Counted from the first letter of the stretch, positions 1 through 14,725 are shown. The stretch is 64,000 bases of DNA from Eledone cirrhosa (GCA_964016885.1 OZ024740.1:263252001-263316000); one strand, 5' to 3'. A program made the numbers and translations. Notes: generated by a model not told the origin, from the letters alone.

Positions 1-3000
1 AAATTAGATGAACAAAAATTGGCCGAGCAGGCTCGGGTAATAAGAACTGACGGATGGATAAGCGAGTTGGAACTGGAGGAACTGAGCTGAGAGATTAAGT
101 TGGAAATGGAGAGTGGAGTATGTCAGGCAAACGAGCCAGTTGGAAATGAAGGTGAGAGAACGGAGGAAGCATCCGAAGCAGACAATGATCTAAATGCTGA
201 AATAAACAACATCTGCAACAAAAATACGGCCATTGAAGAAATGAATGCTGACGGGCTAGGACAAGATTTGGTTGATATCCTGAACTTAGTGGTAGATGAA
301 ATGAACAATGATAGTGAAAAACCTATGAACCTAAGATTTGTATACAGGAAAAAGTTAAAAGAAACAACAGCTAAGGTAAACAAATTCATCCCATACTTTG
401 AGGCAAGGAACCTTCACCAATGCAACAATATCCTCAAAACAACAGCAAATGCGGTGAGGAAATTACTTGGCAGAAGAAACGACTGAATTGTCAAATCAAG
501 GAAGTGAGAAATGACATTGGAAAGCTTGAGTCCCTACTGAATGGGACACTACAAAACATAGACACTAAAAATAGACTGGAAATAAAGTACAAAACTAGGA
601 GGAAAAATCTAAATATTATCGTAGAGGAACTGAAGCAACATATTGTAGCAAAAGCTACAAAGATTAGCAGTTATGAGAGCAGAGTCAGTCAGTATAGACA
701 GAATCGCTTGTTAGACAACAACGAGATGTTGTTTGGACAGCTTGAAGGGAAAGAAAGAGACAACGACTTGATCCCTGAGGCGGAACAGACTAAGACATTC
801 TGGAGAGGAATATGGGAGCAGGATGTTAAACATAATGATCAGGCAGTGTGGATTGAGACAGTACAAAAGGAGATTACTGAACAAGCACACCAACAATCTG
901 ATTTGAGTATCACAGGGCAGGCCAAAAAACTAACCAACTGGAAATCACCAGGCCCAGATGGTGTGCAGGGTTATTGGATTCAAAATATAACATCCCTCTA
1001 CCCGAAACTGACAACCATGTTCAATGACTGCTTGATGTCAGGTGAGGTACCAGAGTGGTTGACAAAAGGTACCACAGTTCTGGTAATGAAAGACCGAATC
1101 AAGGGTAATGATGTTACGAACTATAGACCTATCATATGTCTGTCCGTAATGTGGAAACTATTAACAAGCATTGTGTCTGAGGAAATCTAGCATTACCTCC
1201 ACATAAACAACTTTTACCGGACGAACAAAAAGGGTGCCGAAAGAAGTCCCGTGGTACAAAAGACCAGTTACTTATTGATAAGATGGTAATGAGGAATTGC
1301 AAGAGGAGACACACTGGTCTTGCCATGGGATGGATAGATTACAAAAAGACATTCGACTTGGTACCTCATTCTTGGATCACCAAAAGCCTAGAGATCTTCA
1401 AGGTGGCAGATATTATCAGACAGTTGTGCAACAGTATGAAGTCCTGGGAAACAGATTTAACATCGGATGGAGAATCTTTGGGTGGCGTGATGATCAAGAG
1501 AGGTATCTTCCAGGGGGATAGTTTGTCCCCTCTATTGTTTGTCCTTGCCCTGATACCCCTGACCATCATACTGCGAAAAGTGAGATCAGGATTCAAGTTG
1601 GGAAAAGGAGAGCTTACCATCAATCACCTCCTCTTCATGGACGATCTTAAGCTCTTCGGGAAGAGTGAGAAGGAGTTGGATGTATTTGTTGACACTGTCC
1701 GTATTTTCGCAATGATATATGTATGGAATTTGGTATTAATAAGTGTGGAGTCCTAGTGATGAAGAGGGGTAAATTGAGCAGAAGCAACGGAATCCATGTA
1801 CCAACAGGTGAGATGATAAAAGAAATTGACACTGAAGAAGAATACAAATATTTAGGTGTTCTTGAGGCAGATAACATCAAGAACAAAAAAATGAAGGAAT
1901 TGATAAGATCTGAGTACATTAGGAGAGTACGGAGCGTAGCAAAATCACATGTAAATAGTAGGAATGTCATAAGTGCAGTGAAATCCCGAGGTGTGTCTAT
2001 TATTAGGTACAGTGCGGGAATTCTGAAATGTAATGTTGCTGAACAAAAAGAAATGGATAGGAAGACTAGGAAGCTACTGACTATCTACAACATGTCCCAC
2101 AAGAGGAGTGATGTGGATAGACTCTACTTACAGAGATCTGAGGGTGGAAGAGGTCTTATCAGCATAGGGGACTGTGTTCAGATGGAGAAAAACAACCTGC
2201 ACAAATACATGACTGACAGTAGAGAGCCAATGCCCAGAATTGTACTGAAGGAGACGACAATAGACCAGTGGATGTCCAAGGAGGAAATAAGAACAAGGAG
2301 GAAGAGCAACCTTCATGAAAAATCCCTTCATAGTACCTTCTTTGAGAAAACTGAATTTAGAGATCCACAGACATGGAACTGGTTAAAAAGAGGAGACCTT
2401 AAAAAGGCTACAGAATGAATGCTAATGGCTGCGCAAGAGCCGGCCCTCAGAACGAAGTGAGTGAAACACCATATTTACAAGGATGTGGCTAGCCACTGTG
2501 TAGGATCTGTGGAGAGAGAAGAGACTGTGACTCACATTGTATCCGAGTGTAAACACCTAGCCCAGACTCACTATAAGGGCTGGAGACATGATGTGATGGG
2601 CAGGGTGATCCACTGGAACCTATGCAAAGTAAACAATTTACCACATTCTGTGAAGTGGTATGAGCATAAGCCAGAGTCGGTGATAGAAAACGATCAGGTG
2701 AAGGTGCTGTGGGATTTTAGGATACAGACGGATAAGAAACTGGAACACAATAGGCCTGACCTGGTGGTTTTGGACAAGGAAAAAAGATTGTGCCTGATTG
2801 TAGATGTAGCCTGCCCATTTGACACGAGAGTGCAAGAAAAGGAGAGGGAGAAAATTAACCGATACCAGGACTTTAAGTGGGAGGTAAAAAGGATTTGGAA
2901 CTGCCATGAAGTCAGAATCGTCCCGATTGTCATAGGCACACTAGGTACTATCCCAAAGAGTTTGCAAGGATAGTTAAAGAAAGAATTAGTCGAGCCCCGC

Positions 3001-3145
3001 TTCCTGGAACACTTCAAAAGCCATGCTTGCTGGGAACATCAAGAATCCTCCGATACGTCCTGAATATCTGAGGCTGCAGGTAGCGGCTTGATATTCATTT
3101 CAACAAACTTTCCAGTTAAATAACATCAATGACTGTGACTCAAAT
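1..3145 (+). mobile_element. Degenerate R4/Dong-like non-LTR retrotransposon (RT + CCHC + restriction-like endonuclease), runs off the window start
   Basis: Consecutive ORF pieces (420-1190, 1283-1756, 1723-2418, 2461-2973) carry RT motifs [45 protein letters not shown], then ET..HIVSEC, RHD and RPDLVV..IVDVACP (PD-(D/E)xK). Broken by stops and frameshifts. 3' UTR resembles the copy at 24841-24918. Confidence 0.92.
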
Positions 3146-3812
3146 AATTGTTTCTACTTTAGGCACAAGGCCAGCAATTACCCAGTGCATTATTGGTACT
3201 TTATTTTATCGACCCCGTATGGATGAAAGGCAAAGTAAACCACGGCGGGATTTGAACTCAGGCAGTAAATGGCCGTAACTCTATGCTACTAAATAATAAT
3301 GATAATAATGACTTCTCATATAGGCACAATTTTGGGGGAGGGGAAAACGGATTTAAATGACTCAGTGCGTGACTGGTACTTTATTTTATCGTAAAGATGA
3401 AAAGCAAAGTTAACCTCGGCAGGATTTGAACTAACATCATAAAGGACCGTATGCTGCAAAGCATGGCGTTCGACCCTCTACCGATACTACCAATGTACAA
3501 GACTAACAATTTTGGCAGAGGGGAAAGTCGATTAAATTGATCCCGTAAGGATGAAAGGCAAAGCTAACCTGGACGGCATTTGATCTCAGAAAGTAAAGGG
3601 CCGTAACGCTAATAATAATGACAATGATACTAATAATTGTTTCTACTTTAGGCACAAGGCCAGCAATTACCCAGTGCATTACTGGTACTTTATTTTATCG
3701 ACCCCGTAAGGATGAAAGGCAAAGTCAACCTTGGCGGGATTTGAACTCAGATCGTAAAGGGACGTAACTATGCTGGAAACCATGGCGTCCGACACTCTCC
3801 CGATACTGACAA
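3146..3812 (-). mobile_element. Head-to-tail cluster of about 4 tRNA-derived SINE copies
   Basis: Repeated reverse-complement of GAGTTCAAATCCCGCC..GCCTTTCATCCTTACGGGGTCGATAAAATAAAGTACCAG..GCTGGCCTTGTGCCTAAAGTAGAAAC, separated by (TAA)-rich linkers. Confidence 0.88.
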
Positions 3813-3893
3813 AATAATAATGATAATAATATAAGGGTGGGGGTGAGAAAGATGATGATGATGATGATGAAAATACGGCGAGTACGAAGAAGC

Positions 3894-3928
<35 letters not shown>

Positions 3929-4499
3929 CAACAAGAACAACAAAAAATAATTAATGCAAGAACAACAACCATAATAAAAATGTATCAGAAAAACTTATAT
4001 TTCTATAGCGAAGCGAAGAAATATCATATTAAGAACAACATGGAAATAAAATAGAAGAGGTTAGGAATCGTAAATTCGAGTTAAGAAACACCTGGTGCAT
4101 TCTTAGATAGCTTTATAGCATATATGTGGGAATGCATGTATATATATATATTTGTATGTATGTATGTATATATACATACATGCATTTATGTATGCATGTA
4201 TATTCTTCTGGTTTTATAATTTTATAAATCTTTACCATTAAAGAGAGTCGGTTAATAACATACATACAAGACTCTCTCATTGGAATTTAAACAATATCAT
4301 CTAGGTAGATATGTATGTATATTTGCATGTATGCATGTGTGTATAGTTATAGATGTTATTGTGTGTGTGGATGTGTATATTTTGAGTTATATGTGTGCAT
4401 ATACATATATTTTGTATCTGTACATGTGTATATAGAGTTATTTCATGCACCATTTTTGGAATGTTTCATATTATTTTACTGTTCCATTAATCGATTGTA

Positions 4500-5790
4500 C
4501 TTGTAATTTCCTGACAGGTCATGGTCTTTCTGTTTCTGTGAAGCCTAGCTTCTCAAGATTTGTACTGGGGCAGTTACTAACATATCCCAATGCCCTAATA
4601 ATCACAGGCATAAATCTGAAGGTACAGTCAGAGTGAAGTATCTGCAGATTTCTCATTAGTTCTGTATAGATATTCTCCTTTTAAATAATCTTTAATATTA
4701 TACTGGCATCTGTTGGGCAGCTAACTTCTACTATTGTGCATGCCTTATTTTCCCTGTCCCATATTATTATATTTGGTTTGCCATGCTAGCATTTTATTGG
4801 GGTTTTGACTGGAACATTCCACCAGTACTCTTTTATATTATGTATGTATATATCCTCCACATTGCCGTAGATTTTAACGTGTTTATTGTCGGGGCTATGT
4901 TTTCTACGGATTGCATCGTGCAGTGTTTTGGCCACTACATCATACCTCGTTGGTAGGTAGTACCGTGATGACATCTTTCGACAATTGCTGGGTGATATCA
5001 TCGATGTTAATTCTGCAGTCTGCACTTGTTATCACATCTAGGTGTTTTGCCTGCATCTCTATATCTTTTGTGAATCAGGTATATTGTGTTGATTTCCTGT
5101 TTGTGGATTGCAAAAGCATATCATTCAAAGTGGGAACAAATATAGTGATTTTTGGTCCAAGAAAGACTACTTTCTTTATCTATATTAATCTCACTCTGGA
5201 GCTTCGTGGCAACATAACCATGCATGATTTTTTGCTGGTAAGCATCTAGTTTTCACTCATGGATTCGCTACGGTGTTGCTGGGAAATTTCCCTGTCCGTG
5301 AGTTTTTGTTTATCATGCAGGGAGTATCTATCAAGGAGTTCATTCCCAACTCCCATGATATGTCTCATGCAGACAGACTGGCTTAGTAGAGAGGCTCCTA
5401 CGCTAGGAGGTTCGTAAATATTGTCGAGGGAATACGATACGACACTCAAATGCTCACTGGGCTGATGTTAGGTCTCTGCCTCCCTGGTCACGTTTCAAGT
5501 AGAGCCAGTCTATGTCATTATTAATGTGGAAGTTTCCGGTGTTTAGGATTTTTCGGGTTTTAACATCAATGGCTCGGATTTCGTCTATCGTCCAACTGAG
5601 TATTCCAAACGTTGGTGTTATGACAGGCACAGCAAACTCATTATGAGACACTATTTTATCGTGCACTGAGAGTTCCGATTACCATATTTTACTTAATCGG
5701 GTGTAATATTCCCTAGTTACGCGTTTCTTATTACACATACCATTATAGGATATATTCTCATCTATCCCTAAGTATCTGTATCATATAAGC
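4500..5790 (-). mobile_element. 5'-truncated, degenerate RLE-type non-LTR retrotransposon (different family from 1-3145)
   Basis: Minus-strand peptides YRYLGIDENI, DVKTRKIL..DIDWLYLKRDQGGR, RYDVVAK, EYWWNVPVKT, KPNIIIWD..IVEVSCP match the RT C-terminus plus RLE domain. Many stops. Confidence 0.8.
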
Positions 5791-5844
5791 CGTGGATTGT
5801 CAGAAGCAGTAGAACATCGGACATCACTCTTTACAGCATATACT

Positions 5845-5995
5845 TACGGCTCCCTTCAAATCCCGCCGAGGTTAGCTTTGTCTTTCTTCCTTGCGAGGTC
5901 GATAAATAAAAGTACCAGTAATGCACTAACGTTGATTTAATTCACCTTTCCTTTCACAAAAATTGTTGGCCTTGTGTCTAAATCAGAAACCATTA
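5845..5995 (+). mobile_element. tRNA-derived SINE, partial
   Basis: TTCAAATCCCGCCGAGGTT..GTCGATAAATAAAAGTACCAG..TGGCCTTGTGTCTAAATCAGAAAC. Confidence 0.8.
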
Positions 5996-7547
5996 TATAT
6001 AGCATATCCATAGATTTAGTTCTTCTTTGAAGTGTTTTTGCTTCACAAAAATATGGCTTCAATTTTGATTCCACCGCGCAACTTGGTAGTAGTCATAAAA
6101 AATGGTTTGCAAAGCAGTAGGTTTTCGATTTTCATAAAACGTTTATAAATGGTGTCCCATCAATAACAAGACCATCATAAACAACACAAAGAACAGCAAC
6201 AATACTAATACTTAATATAAAACCCACAAAAGAAAATTCATAATTGAAAGACAGCTACCTGGTTTTAATGAAGGAACCGAACACTTCAAGATTATCCGGA
6301 CCACAAAGGGCAAATGGTTTGTCCAAGCTTCTATTCTCCAGCTTACATAAGTTGAGAGAAGACCCATTCAAGTTGAATGGTAAGCCATCTATTGTTTCTA
6401 TTTGAGATATTTGAAGAAATTGTAGAGAACTTGATAGAAAAGTGTTGCGTTCACTCCTTTCAGTCGCACACACCGTACAACCTTTTTCCACCATAATCAC
6501 CATGAGCTTGAAGAGTTTGTAGGGGATTGCAATGTACTCTTTTCCTTAATATCACTACTAAACCATGGGCGTTTTAATATCATCATCGCCAGACTTCCAT
6601 TGAGACGCCGTCATTCTTTACTATACATTTTCTTCTATAGAGTGTTAATGATGAAATTACACTGACCGCATTGACCGACTGATAGAGGGTAGCGAATGCC
6701 TTGCAGCATTCGCAGAAAAATATAAAACAATTAATTACACAGCAAATATGCTTACTTGACAGACGAAATGTGGTGATTTATCATTGTAGAAATAAGAATA
6801 AATTCATAAAAAGGATTGGTTTGAACTAAACACAAGGTTTCATCTGTTGACGACCAAGGAATTCGCAGTGAAAACTTAACGGAATAATAAAACGAATTAA
6901 CCCAAACTAATGACAGATTAGTAACATCAGATAGAAAAGGCAACGCATTCACAGATTATTATATAAAAACCACGGAAAGAAGGTATGGATAAAGTAATAA
7001 GCTTGCGATAGGGAGCAGCACTATAATTGACAGCTGAATAAGTGTTAAAGAAATGATCAACGCTATCATAACAGGACAAAGTTTATATAATAGTATAACA
7101 ACAATAACAAAAACAAAACCAAAATAATGTTTTCTGAATCAGGCACAAGTATAGTGGTAAGGGAAATTCAATTAACCCCACCTCAGTGGGTTACTGGTAC
7201 ATTATTTTATTGACCCGTAAGATGAATTTTATTAAGGCTAAATTAATGGGTTTTGTTACACTGGAGTTTCGCCTGCTTCTCACAGATTCATCAGACAAGA
7301 ACTAGAATTCAATAACAAAAACGGTAAAAATGAGGGGCGACTCAGGGAGGTAGGAGGATTAATTGAAGACGGGGTATTAAGATAGAGTGGACAGAATGAT
7401 ATTGACAGTGGTGGGGAAGGAGGAATAGAGTTGTGCGAAGAATATAATGGACATTGGCAAGAAATAGATTTTACGGCTGGCCAGTGGAAAAAGATGAAGT
7501 TGGTCAGTGGCAAAAGGTACATATATGTTAGGGTTCCCTCTCTCTCT

Positions 7548-7595
<48 letters not shown>

Positions 7596-7596
7596 T

Positions 7597-7763
7597 TCTT
7601 AGGTGGTTGATGCTTTCTTGACCACTATTTCAGTTTTGTGTGGCCTCTTAACATATTGTTTTAGCTCTGGTTTTTTAACTATCGAGCGCTTGCCAGTATC
7701 ATATCTGATTTTTGCGTTTCGTTTCGCCTTTTCTACCCGCCGAAATGCGATTCTCGCTGAATC

Positions 7764-7766
<3 letters not shown>
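7597..7766 (+). repeat. Dispersed repeat end in (TA)n, probable PLE terminal fragment (family also at ~15708-15875, 53420-53580 minus, 54900-55070)
   Basis: Shared ACCA..TCAGT..TGGCC..TAAC..TAGCTCTG..ATCGAGCGCTTGCCA..GATTCTCGCT ending in (TA)n at four loci. Confidence 0.65.
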
Positions 7767-7817
<51 letters not shown>

Positions 7818-8769
7818 AAATGGCTTACTAAATAAGTACGTGTGCTTTTTTTCTCATTTGTTTTCCGTTCATTCCCTTTTTCACACCTTATCATTCTATT
7901 TTATCTTTTATTTATAATCATATCCTCTGATAAAGGATTAGTGTCCGAAATGTTAAGACTCTTTTCCTGTTATTTCAAGCGTTAAAATAATATATTTCTT
8001 CAATGCACTGTGTCGTTTTCGAAAACAATATCAGGAAAAATTAGGCGGGAAGATGTGGACAGAATAAATATTTATTGTGTATCTCATCTTTAACATATGT
8101 TTCTGTACAATTACGTAACAGTCTACATCAGCTGACATAATTATATAATGTTCATTCGTATGGCGTACGTGTCTGGTATTGCACTTGATCAGAAAGAATT
8201 AACAGGGCAATAGAGACAATACAAAAAAGAAACTCAGTTATATTCTTAGTTGTGAGTTCTGTATTTCTGCAGTAAACACCCCTTACTGCTGACAAATCTA
8301 ATGAACAAATTTCACTTTGGTGTACAGAGAAAACCGGTATCAAAATATGATATATAGATTTAAAAAAACAGTGAACAAAAAAAAATGAGTATATGATTTA
8401 CAATAATTATAACAAGTATAGAGACAGGGGGGTTAGAGTCGAAATGGCCAATGAGAGGATTAGTAGAGTTTTAAGTTGAGGGACCTTTCAAATAGAGGAC
8501 AATGTCAGGTCAGGCAACCTATTGTAATCATATAGTGTTGAAGCGGGATAAAAAGAAAGAAGGAAAAGGGGACAAAGGAAAAAGAAAAGAAACGACCAGA
8601 AATGATAGGATTTCGTTGAAGGGCTATGAATTAAATTGAAACCAACAACATAGACCAACAGAGAAGACAACTGAGTACCAAGACGAATAAGGGCGGCCAG
8701 AAAGAATGTGGTTTAAAGGATGTGTAATTAGAGAAGACTGTATATTGAGATACGAGATCCAATCCTATG

Positions 8770-8905
8770 CTAGTCAGGGTGATACTTAGCGAAAATATTT
8801 AATGGCTTATATTGGCATTTGAAGATTCTATCTGGTCGAGATTTCAAAGGATTTGACCAACACTTCCATCCCACAAAGATTGCGGGAGCGTCTTTCGTTT
8901 TGGTA
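8770..8905 (-). mobile_element. PLE C-terminal coding remnant
   Basis: Frameshifted RNLCGMEV / LKSRPDRIFKCQYK resembles the CxLC..E..LNS(R/K).E..CRHK tail of the other PLE ORFs in this window. Confidence 0.45.
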
Positions 8906-8935
8906 TGGGCATATATATATAAATGTATATGTACG

Positions 8936-8979
<44 letters not shown>

Positions 8980-9202
8980 TATATGGCAACTCAAAGATGC
9001 AAACATGGAATATAAAATCAGCTGGACAAAGCTATCAAAAGCAAAGGCCTGTCAAATTGGTATGTCCCACTGCGATCTCTGCAATATGGAACTTTTCCAA
9101 ATTTTAAATTACAACAAAATTCTTCTTAACAGTAAAATTGAAAGAACTATTTTTTGTCGACATAAATCGGCAACCAAATTTGAGAACTTTAGACCAGGTT
9201 AA
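8980..9202 (+). mobile_element. PLE GIY-YIG C-terminal fragment
   Basis: IWQLKDANMEYKISW..CDLCNMEL..LLNSKIE..CRHK, homologous to 48967-49311 and 38351-38557. Confidence 0.75.
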
Positions 9203-10217
9203 TTCCATCTTATCTATTCCATAACCCAGATTGTACCAGTTGGATGTATTATATCACATTATCAGCATCATCATCATTATGATTATGATTATAATTATAA
9301 TTGTCACAATCTATCAAAGAACAACATAAAAACCTCTTATATTTACATTCTTATTTTATATATCTCCATCTTTCACTCTATATCTCTATATTTCTCTCCC
9401 TAAACTTATTTCATCTCTGTCATTCTATTTTATCATATAATATAAGTTAAAGCTAATTAATTAATTTATTTATTAAAATAACCAATAAACACATCAATAT
9501 ATTTAACATTATCATATTTTTACCTTCATATCTCTACATATATTCTAACAATTCTCAAAAACCAATCTCAATAATTTTAATATGTTTAAATATTCTTCGC
9601 AAATTTTTACTTCTTTTGCGAATTTATTTTCATTTTTCATTTTTCACATTTTATACCATTTTATATCACATTAGATATAATTTATTTATTTATTTATTTA
9701 TCAATTTTATTAATATATTTTTCATATATTTATTTTTATTTTTATTTTAATTTTATTTACATTTATTCATATATTAACGTTTATTCATTTATTTTTCCCT
9801 CTATCCTACGTTATTTTTACTTATGCTTGTCTCTCCTCTGTCTATCATCAATTTCTATTTATTTTCTTCTCTTTATATGTTTTTTCTGTAATAATTTCTT
9901 TTCCTTCTTTTTTCTCTTTCTCTTTTTTGAGTGGCACTGCTTCTAGTGTTCAGCAATTTTTAGACATCTTTATCAGTGAAACAATTGTTAGACTGTAAAT
10001 AAATCCCTCTTTTGTGTACTGTTGGCCATGTTAATCTCAATTTTTTCAATTTTATTACTCCAAGATAAACTTACATAGGAATACAAGTGAAATCATAAAC
10101 TCGTCATCTACGTGAACCTCTTGTTGAGTCAAACAACGCCGTACGCTAAAACTATCCATAATAAGAAGTATTCACAACCTCTATCTAGATTACCTATAAC
10201 GATATTTTGTTATCCTT

Positions 10218-10351
<134 letters not shown>

Positions 10352-10368
10352 TATATACATATATATAT

Positions 10369-10419
<51 letters not shown>

Positions 10420-10475
10420 CACACATATATATATAAATATATATATATGCATATATATACACACACACACATCTA

Positions 10476-10514
<39 letters not shown>

Positions 10515-10548
10515 ATATATATATACATATATATATACACACACACAC

Positions 10549-10754
<206 letters not shown>

Positions 10755-10780
10755 ATATATACACACTTGTATATATATAA

Positions 10781-11834
10781 TCTCTCTCTATATATAAAAT
10801 GCTTTGTCTCTATATCTGTCTATCTGTTCCTCTGCATTCTCTAACGGGTGGACCAAATCAAATCAAAATTTACAAGGTAATAGTATTACACCTCGGGAGT
10901 GTCAGCATGTAATTTATATTTTCATTTGGATCAAAATAATATATTTTATCTAAATTAACCTTTCAATAGTGAACTATAGTAAACCACGACGACGACGAGT
11001 CACATTTTGTATCAGTGTGTATGTGTCTGTCAGTGTGTGTATGTGTGTTTGCGAGTTCATTACTACATAAGTTGCATACACATTATCTTCACACACAGAC
11101 AATTAAACACACACACAGACATCTACACATACAAATACATATGTGATGACAGACAGGTGTGCGTGAATATATGTCTGTGTGTGTCTGTCTTAGTATATGT
11201 ATGTGAGTGTATGTGTGTGTGTGAGTGTGTGTGTGTGTGAGTGTATGTGTGTGTGAGTAAATGTGTGTGTGAGTGTATGTGTGAGTGTATGTGTGTGTTA
11301 ATGTATGTGTGAGTGTATGTGCGTGTGAGTGTATGTGTGATAATTTTTATTTTATTTTGGATTAAAACAATAGAAAACGACACAACGACGTCACATTTTG
11401 TATATGAATATGTATGTGTCTGTGAATGTGCGCGCGCGTTTATTAGGTACGTGATCAAATATACACACATATCTACACATATGAAGCAACTGACCAAACA
11501 TGAGGTGAATAGCTATGCGCGTGTCTGCGTGAATGTATGTCTGTGTATCTGTCTTGTGTATGTGAGTGTATGTGAGAGTGTATGTGTGTGAGTGTGTAGC
11601 AACAATTTATTCATTTGGACACCAAAAATAATTACAGAATGAATATTGTTTACCCTAAGGTGCTTCAAGAAATTTCCATTTCTAAATTCTATTATCATTA
11701 CAATTTTGATATTTTTAAAAATGTATATAGATATTTTGTAATAATTATTAGGAACAAAAATATCTTCATACTTGTTATTTTCTAATCTGAACAAGAACAG
11801 CAGTAACCAGGGCAACGCCCGGTAATTCAGCTAG
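10781..11834 (+). mobile_element. Non-autonomous Helitron, copy 1
   Basis: Begins A|TC, ends with GC-rich hairpin CCAGGGCAACGCCCGG about 10 nt before CTAG|T, no TSD. Homologous end to end with 34991-36447. Internal repeat ACGACG..TCACATTTTGTAT occurs twice. Confidence 0.8.
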
Positions 11835-11909
11835 TATATATATATATATGTGTGTGAGTGTGTTTGTGTGTTTGTGTGTGTGTATATATGTGTGTGTGCA
11901 TATATATAC

Positions 11910-11960
<51 letters not shown>

Positions 11961-11974
11961 CCCATATATATACA

Positions 11975-12046
<72 letters not shown>

Positions 12047-12577
12047 CGATCCAAGCGAGAGAGAGAGAGTGGGGTATCATTTGAACCTTTTTAGTCAAAC
12101 GTAGATATTTATGGAGGTTAGAAAAACATACCTGATGTGTAGCAGTTAATACAATTCATTAACGATATATACAGAAACTTTTTTATTTCTTTGTTATATT
12201 ATTTATTTATTTTATTCATTCTATTTTATGTGTAAGGACTGGAGATTCATCTATACCATCTCTTATCAGGCGTTAGCATCGACCCCACTGTTGGTATTTA
12301 ACCCTTTCGTTTAATGCCATGTTACTAACATTGTATGTTACGGTATGTTAGTGTACTTTCAAAATGTATTCATTACCAGAGAAAAACAAAAAAAAAACAA
12401 AAAAAAAACAGAAAAAACACACGATGGAATGTAAATAAAAACAAGTATTGTTTCGATTCTAGAAGCCTGTTGACTGATATCGTTATCCGAAGTCGATTGT
12501 CCTTTAACTAAATATTAAATTTGTTATATTTTATTATTTTTTTTAATTTGTTATATTTTATCGTTATCTTTTAAAAT

Positions 12578-12728
12578 GGCGGTGGATTGGCAGTATCGGT
12601 ATAGAGTCGGACACTATGCTTTGACGCATAGAGTTACGACCCTTTCCATCCTGAGTTCAAACCCCGCCGAGGTCAACAGTAATGTACTGTGTAATTGCTG
12701 GCCTTGTGCCAAAAGAAGAAACAATTAT
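12578..12728 (+). mobile_element. tRNA-derived SINE with internal deletion
   Basis: A-box-like TGGCAGTATCGG and B-box GAGTTCAAACCC. Central CTTTCATCC..GTACC domain missing, 3' tail present. Confidence 0.8.
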
Positions 12729-12794
12729 TTTTTAAAATTTGTTATTTTATTTTTTATTTTTTATACTTATTTTTTACCCTCATATTCTTTTATA

Positions 12795-12975
12795 GGTTTC
12801 GGTCATTATGGAGCACGCCCGTAAAAAGGAGTTTTAGTGGTTAGACCAAAATAAAGGGACTTTTAGTAGATCAACTCGATTCCAGTACTTATTGTTATTT
12901 TTCTTTTGGGAATTCTTGTAATTTATTTTAATTTTATCTAGCTCTTTCTGCGGAACCGCTATTTTACGGGACATA
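12795..12975 (-). mobile_element. Second SINE family remnant (its 3' end also at ~51938-51995, plus strand)
   Basis: GGAGCACGCC..TTTTAGT..CAGTACTTATT..GCGGAACCGCTA..TTACGGGAC resembles an abundant octopus SINE recalled from memory. Confidence 0.5.
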
Positions 12976-14422
12976 ATACGTACGTACACACACACACATA
13001 CGCACACACAGACACACATACACTCATACACACATACACTCAGACATACACACACCCACACACGTACACACACACACACTCACACAGACATACACATACA
13101 CTCACACACACACCCTCACACACACATACACATACACTCACATACACATATACACATACACAAACACTCACGCACTTACATTTGTAACTCTTTGCAAAGC
13201 AAACTGCTTATATTTGTAAGAAAATTGTTTTTCTTTTTATTTATCCTAACTGTTTTATTCAAAATTTAAGTCTTGTTCATTTTTTTCTTTTCATCGTTCT
13301 TACACAAGATACCTCTATTTTAATAAGAACATACGAGCCGACAACATTCCTATATTTTCGTTTGGCTATTTTAAAGGATATTTAATTTTACCTCGCATTT
13401 ATGTAATGTCTAGAGATACATGTGTTCAATTCTTATCTCACTAATTGTTTTGTTTCTTAAAATGAATAAAATGCAAAGGAATCAGAGGAAAGAGGAGCAA
13501 AGCAAAAGGTAAATAATCATCTTCTGCTAAAGATGTATGTGTTTACTGGATTGCTACGTACCAGCTTCAAAATACTTCCTTTAGTTCTCATCATTTAAAA
13601 AATGTTTCGCTACCACTGTCCCCTTAAACGCCCTACAGGCAAGATCCGCCTAGTCACCTCAATGACGCATAGAGTGGTAGGCAAGGGAAAAGATGTTTAA
13701 AAATAAAGAAGAAGAAGAAGAAGAAGAAGAAGAAGAAGAAGAAGAAGAAGAAGAAGAAGAAGAAGAAGAAGCCAGGCCAAAATAAATCAACTAAATAAAT
13801 AAATATATAAATTAATTAATAAATAAATAAAGAAGAAACGCTTCAATGTGCAGGTGATATGTTGATGACAGGTAGGTCACATTAAAAATGACCTTCAGCA
13901 AAGCCGCAGGATATTAGCAGTTCGTTACAAGAGAGAGGCGAACGTATCATTCACACACAATAGTAACCAGATGCCTAGAAGCTTGCCGACTATAAATGTG
14001 TGAATAAACAGTGAGGTTTTATACCAGGTGGAATGGGAGCCACCAGATGCTGTTATTTAAATAAAGTAACATAATTTCTGTCAATTGTCAATTGAAATTT
14101 AGGATCAATCGAGAAAGTAATGAGCTGATATAGTTGTTGTATTGAAGAGAAATAATGTCGTTTTAAAGTTCAAATATATAAAACTCAGGCTATACTAAAT
14201 AAAATACCTTTATGAATTAAACACAGCCTATTCTAAATAAAATACTTCTATGAATTAAACACAACCTACTCTAGATATGAATTAAACACAGCCTATTCGA
14301 AATATATATTTAAAAAAAACAACACTTTTTGAATTAAACGCAAGCTTTTCTAAATATAAAAGAAAACCTTTATGAACAGATTAAGAACAATCGTTTTTTT
14401 TTTTATTATAAGAGGTTATAAT

Positions 14423-14630
14423 GGCGGTGGATTGGTAGTATCGGTAGAGCCTCAGACACCATGCTTTGCAGCATAGAATTACATCCCTTTACGATCTGAG
14501 TTCAAATCCCTCCAACGTTAACTTTACCTCACGTGGTCGATAAAATAAAGTATAAGTCACGCACTGGGGTCGAATTAATCGACATTCCCCTCCCCCAAAT
14601 TGCTGGCCTTATGCCTATACTAGAAATCAT
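14423..14630 (+). mobile_element. tRNA-derived SINE, long-tail subtype, with TSD
   Basis: A and B boxes, core and tail present. Flanking direct repeat ATTATAAGAGGTT at 14405-14417 and 14629-14641. Confidence 0.85.
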
Positions 14631-14725
14631 TATAAGAGGTTGTTATGGCTTGAGTTCAAATCCAGCAGAGGCAAACTTTACATTTTATCATTCCGGGGTC
14701 AATAAAGAATTTGCTGTCTGCTGCC

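Noticed and set aside
7927-8135. HHR remnants at about 7927 (+) and 8090 (-), plus ~47615-47652 (-) and ~47095-47128 (+, 3' half only)
   Set aside because: Core mismatches (C3 with A8, A9U, CAGUUGA) or a missing 5' half. Treated only as decayed relics, not functional calls.
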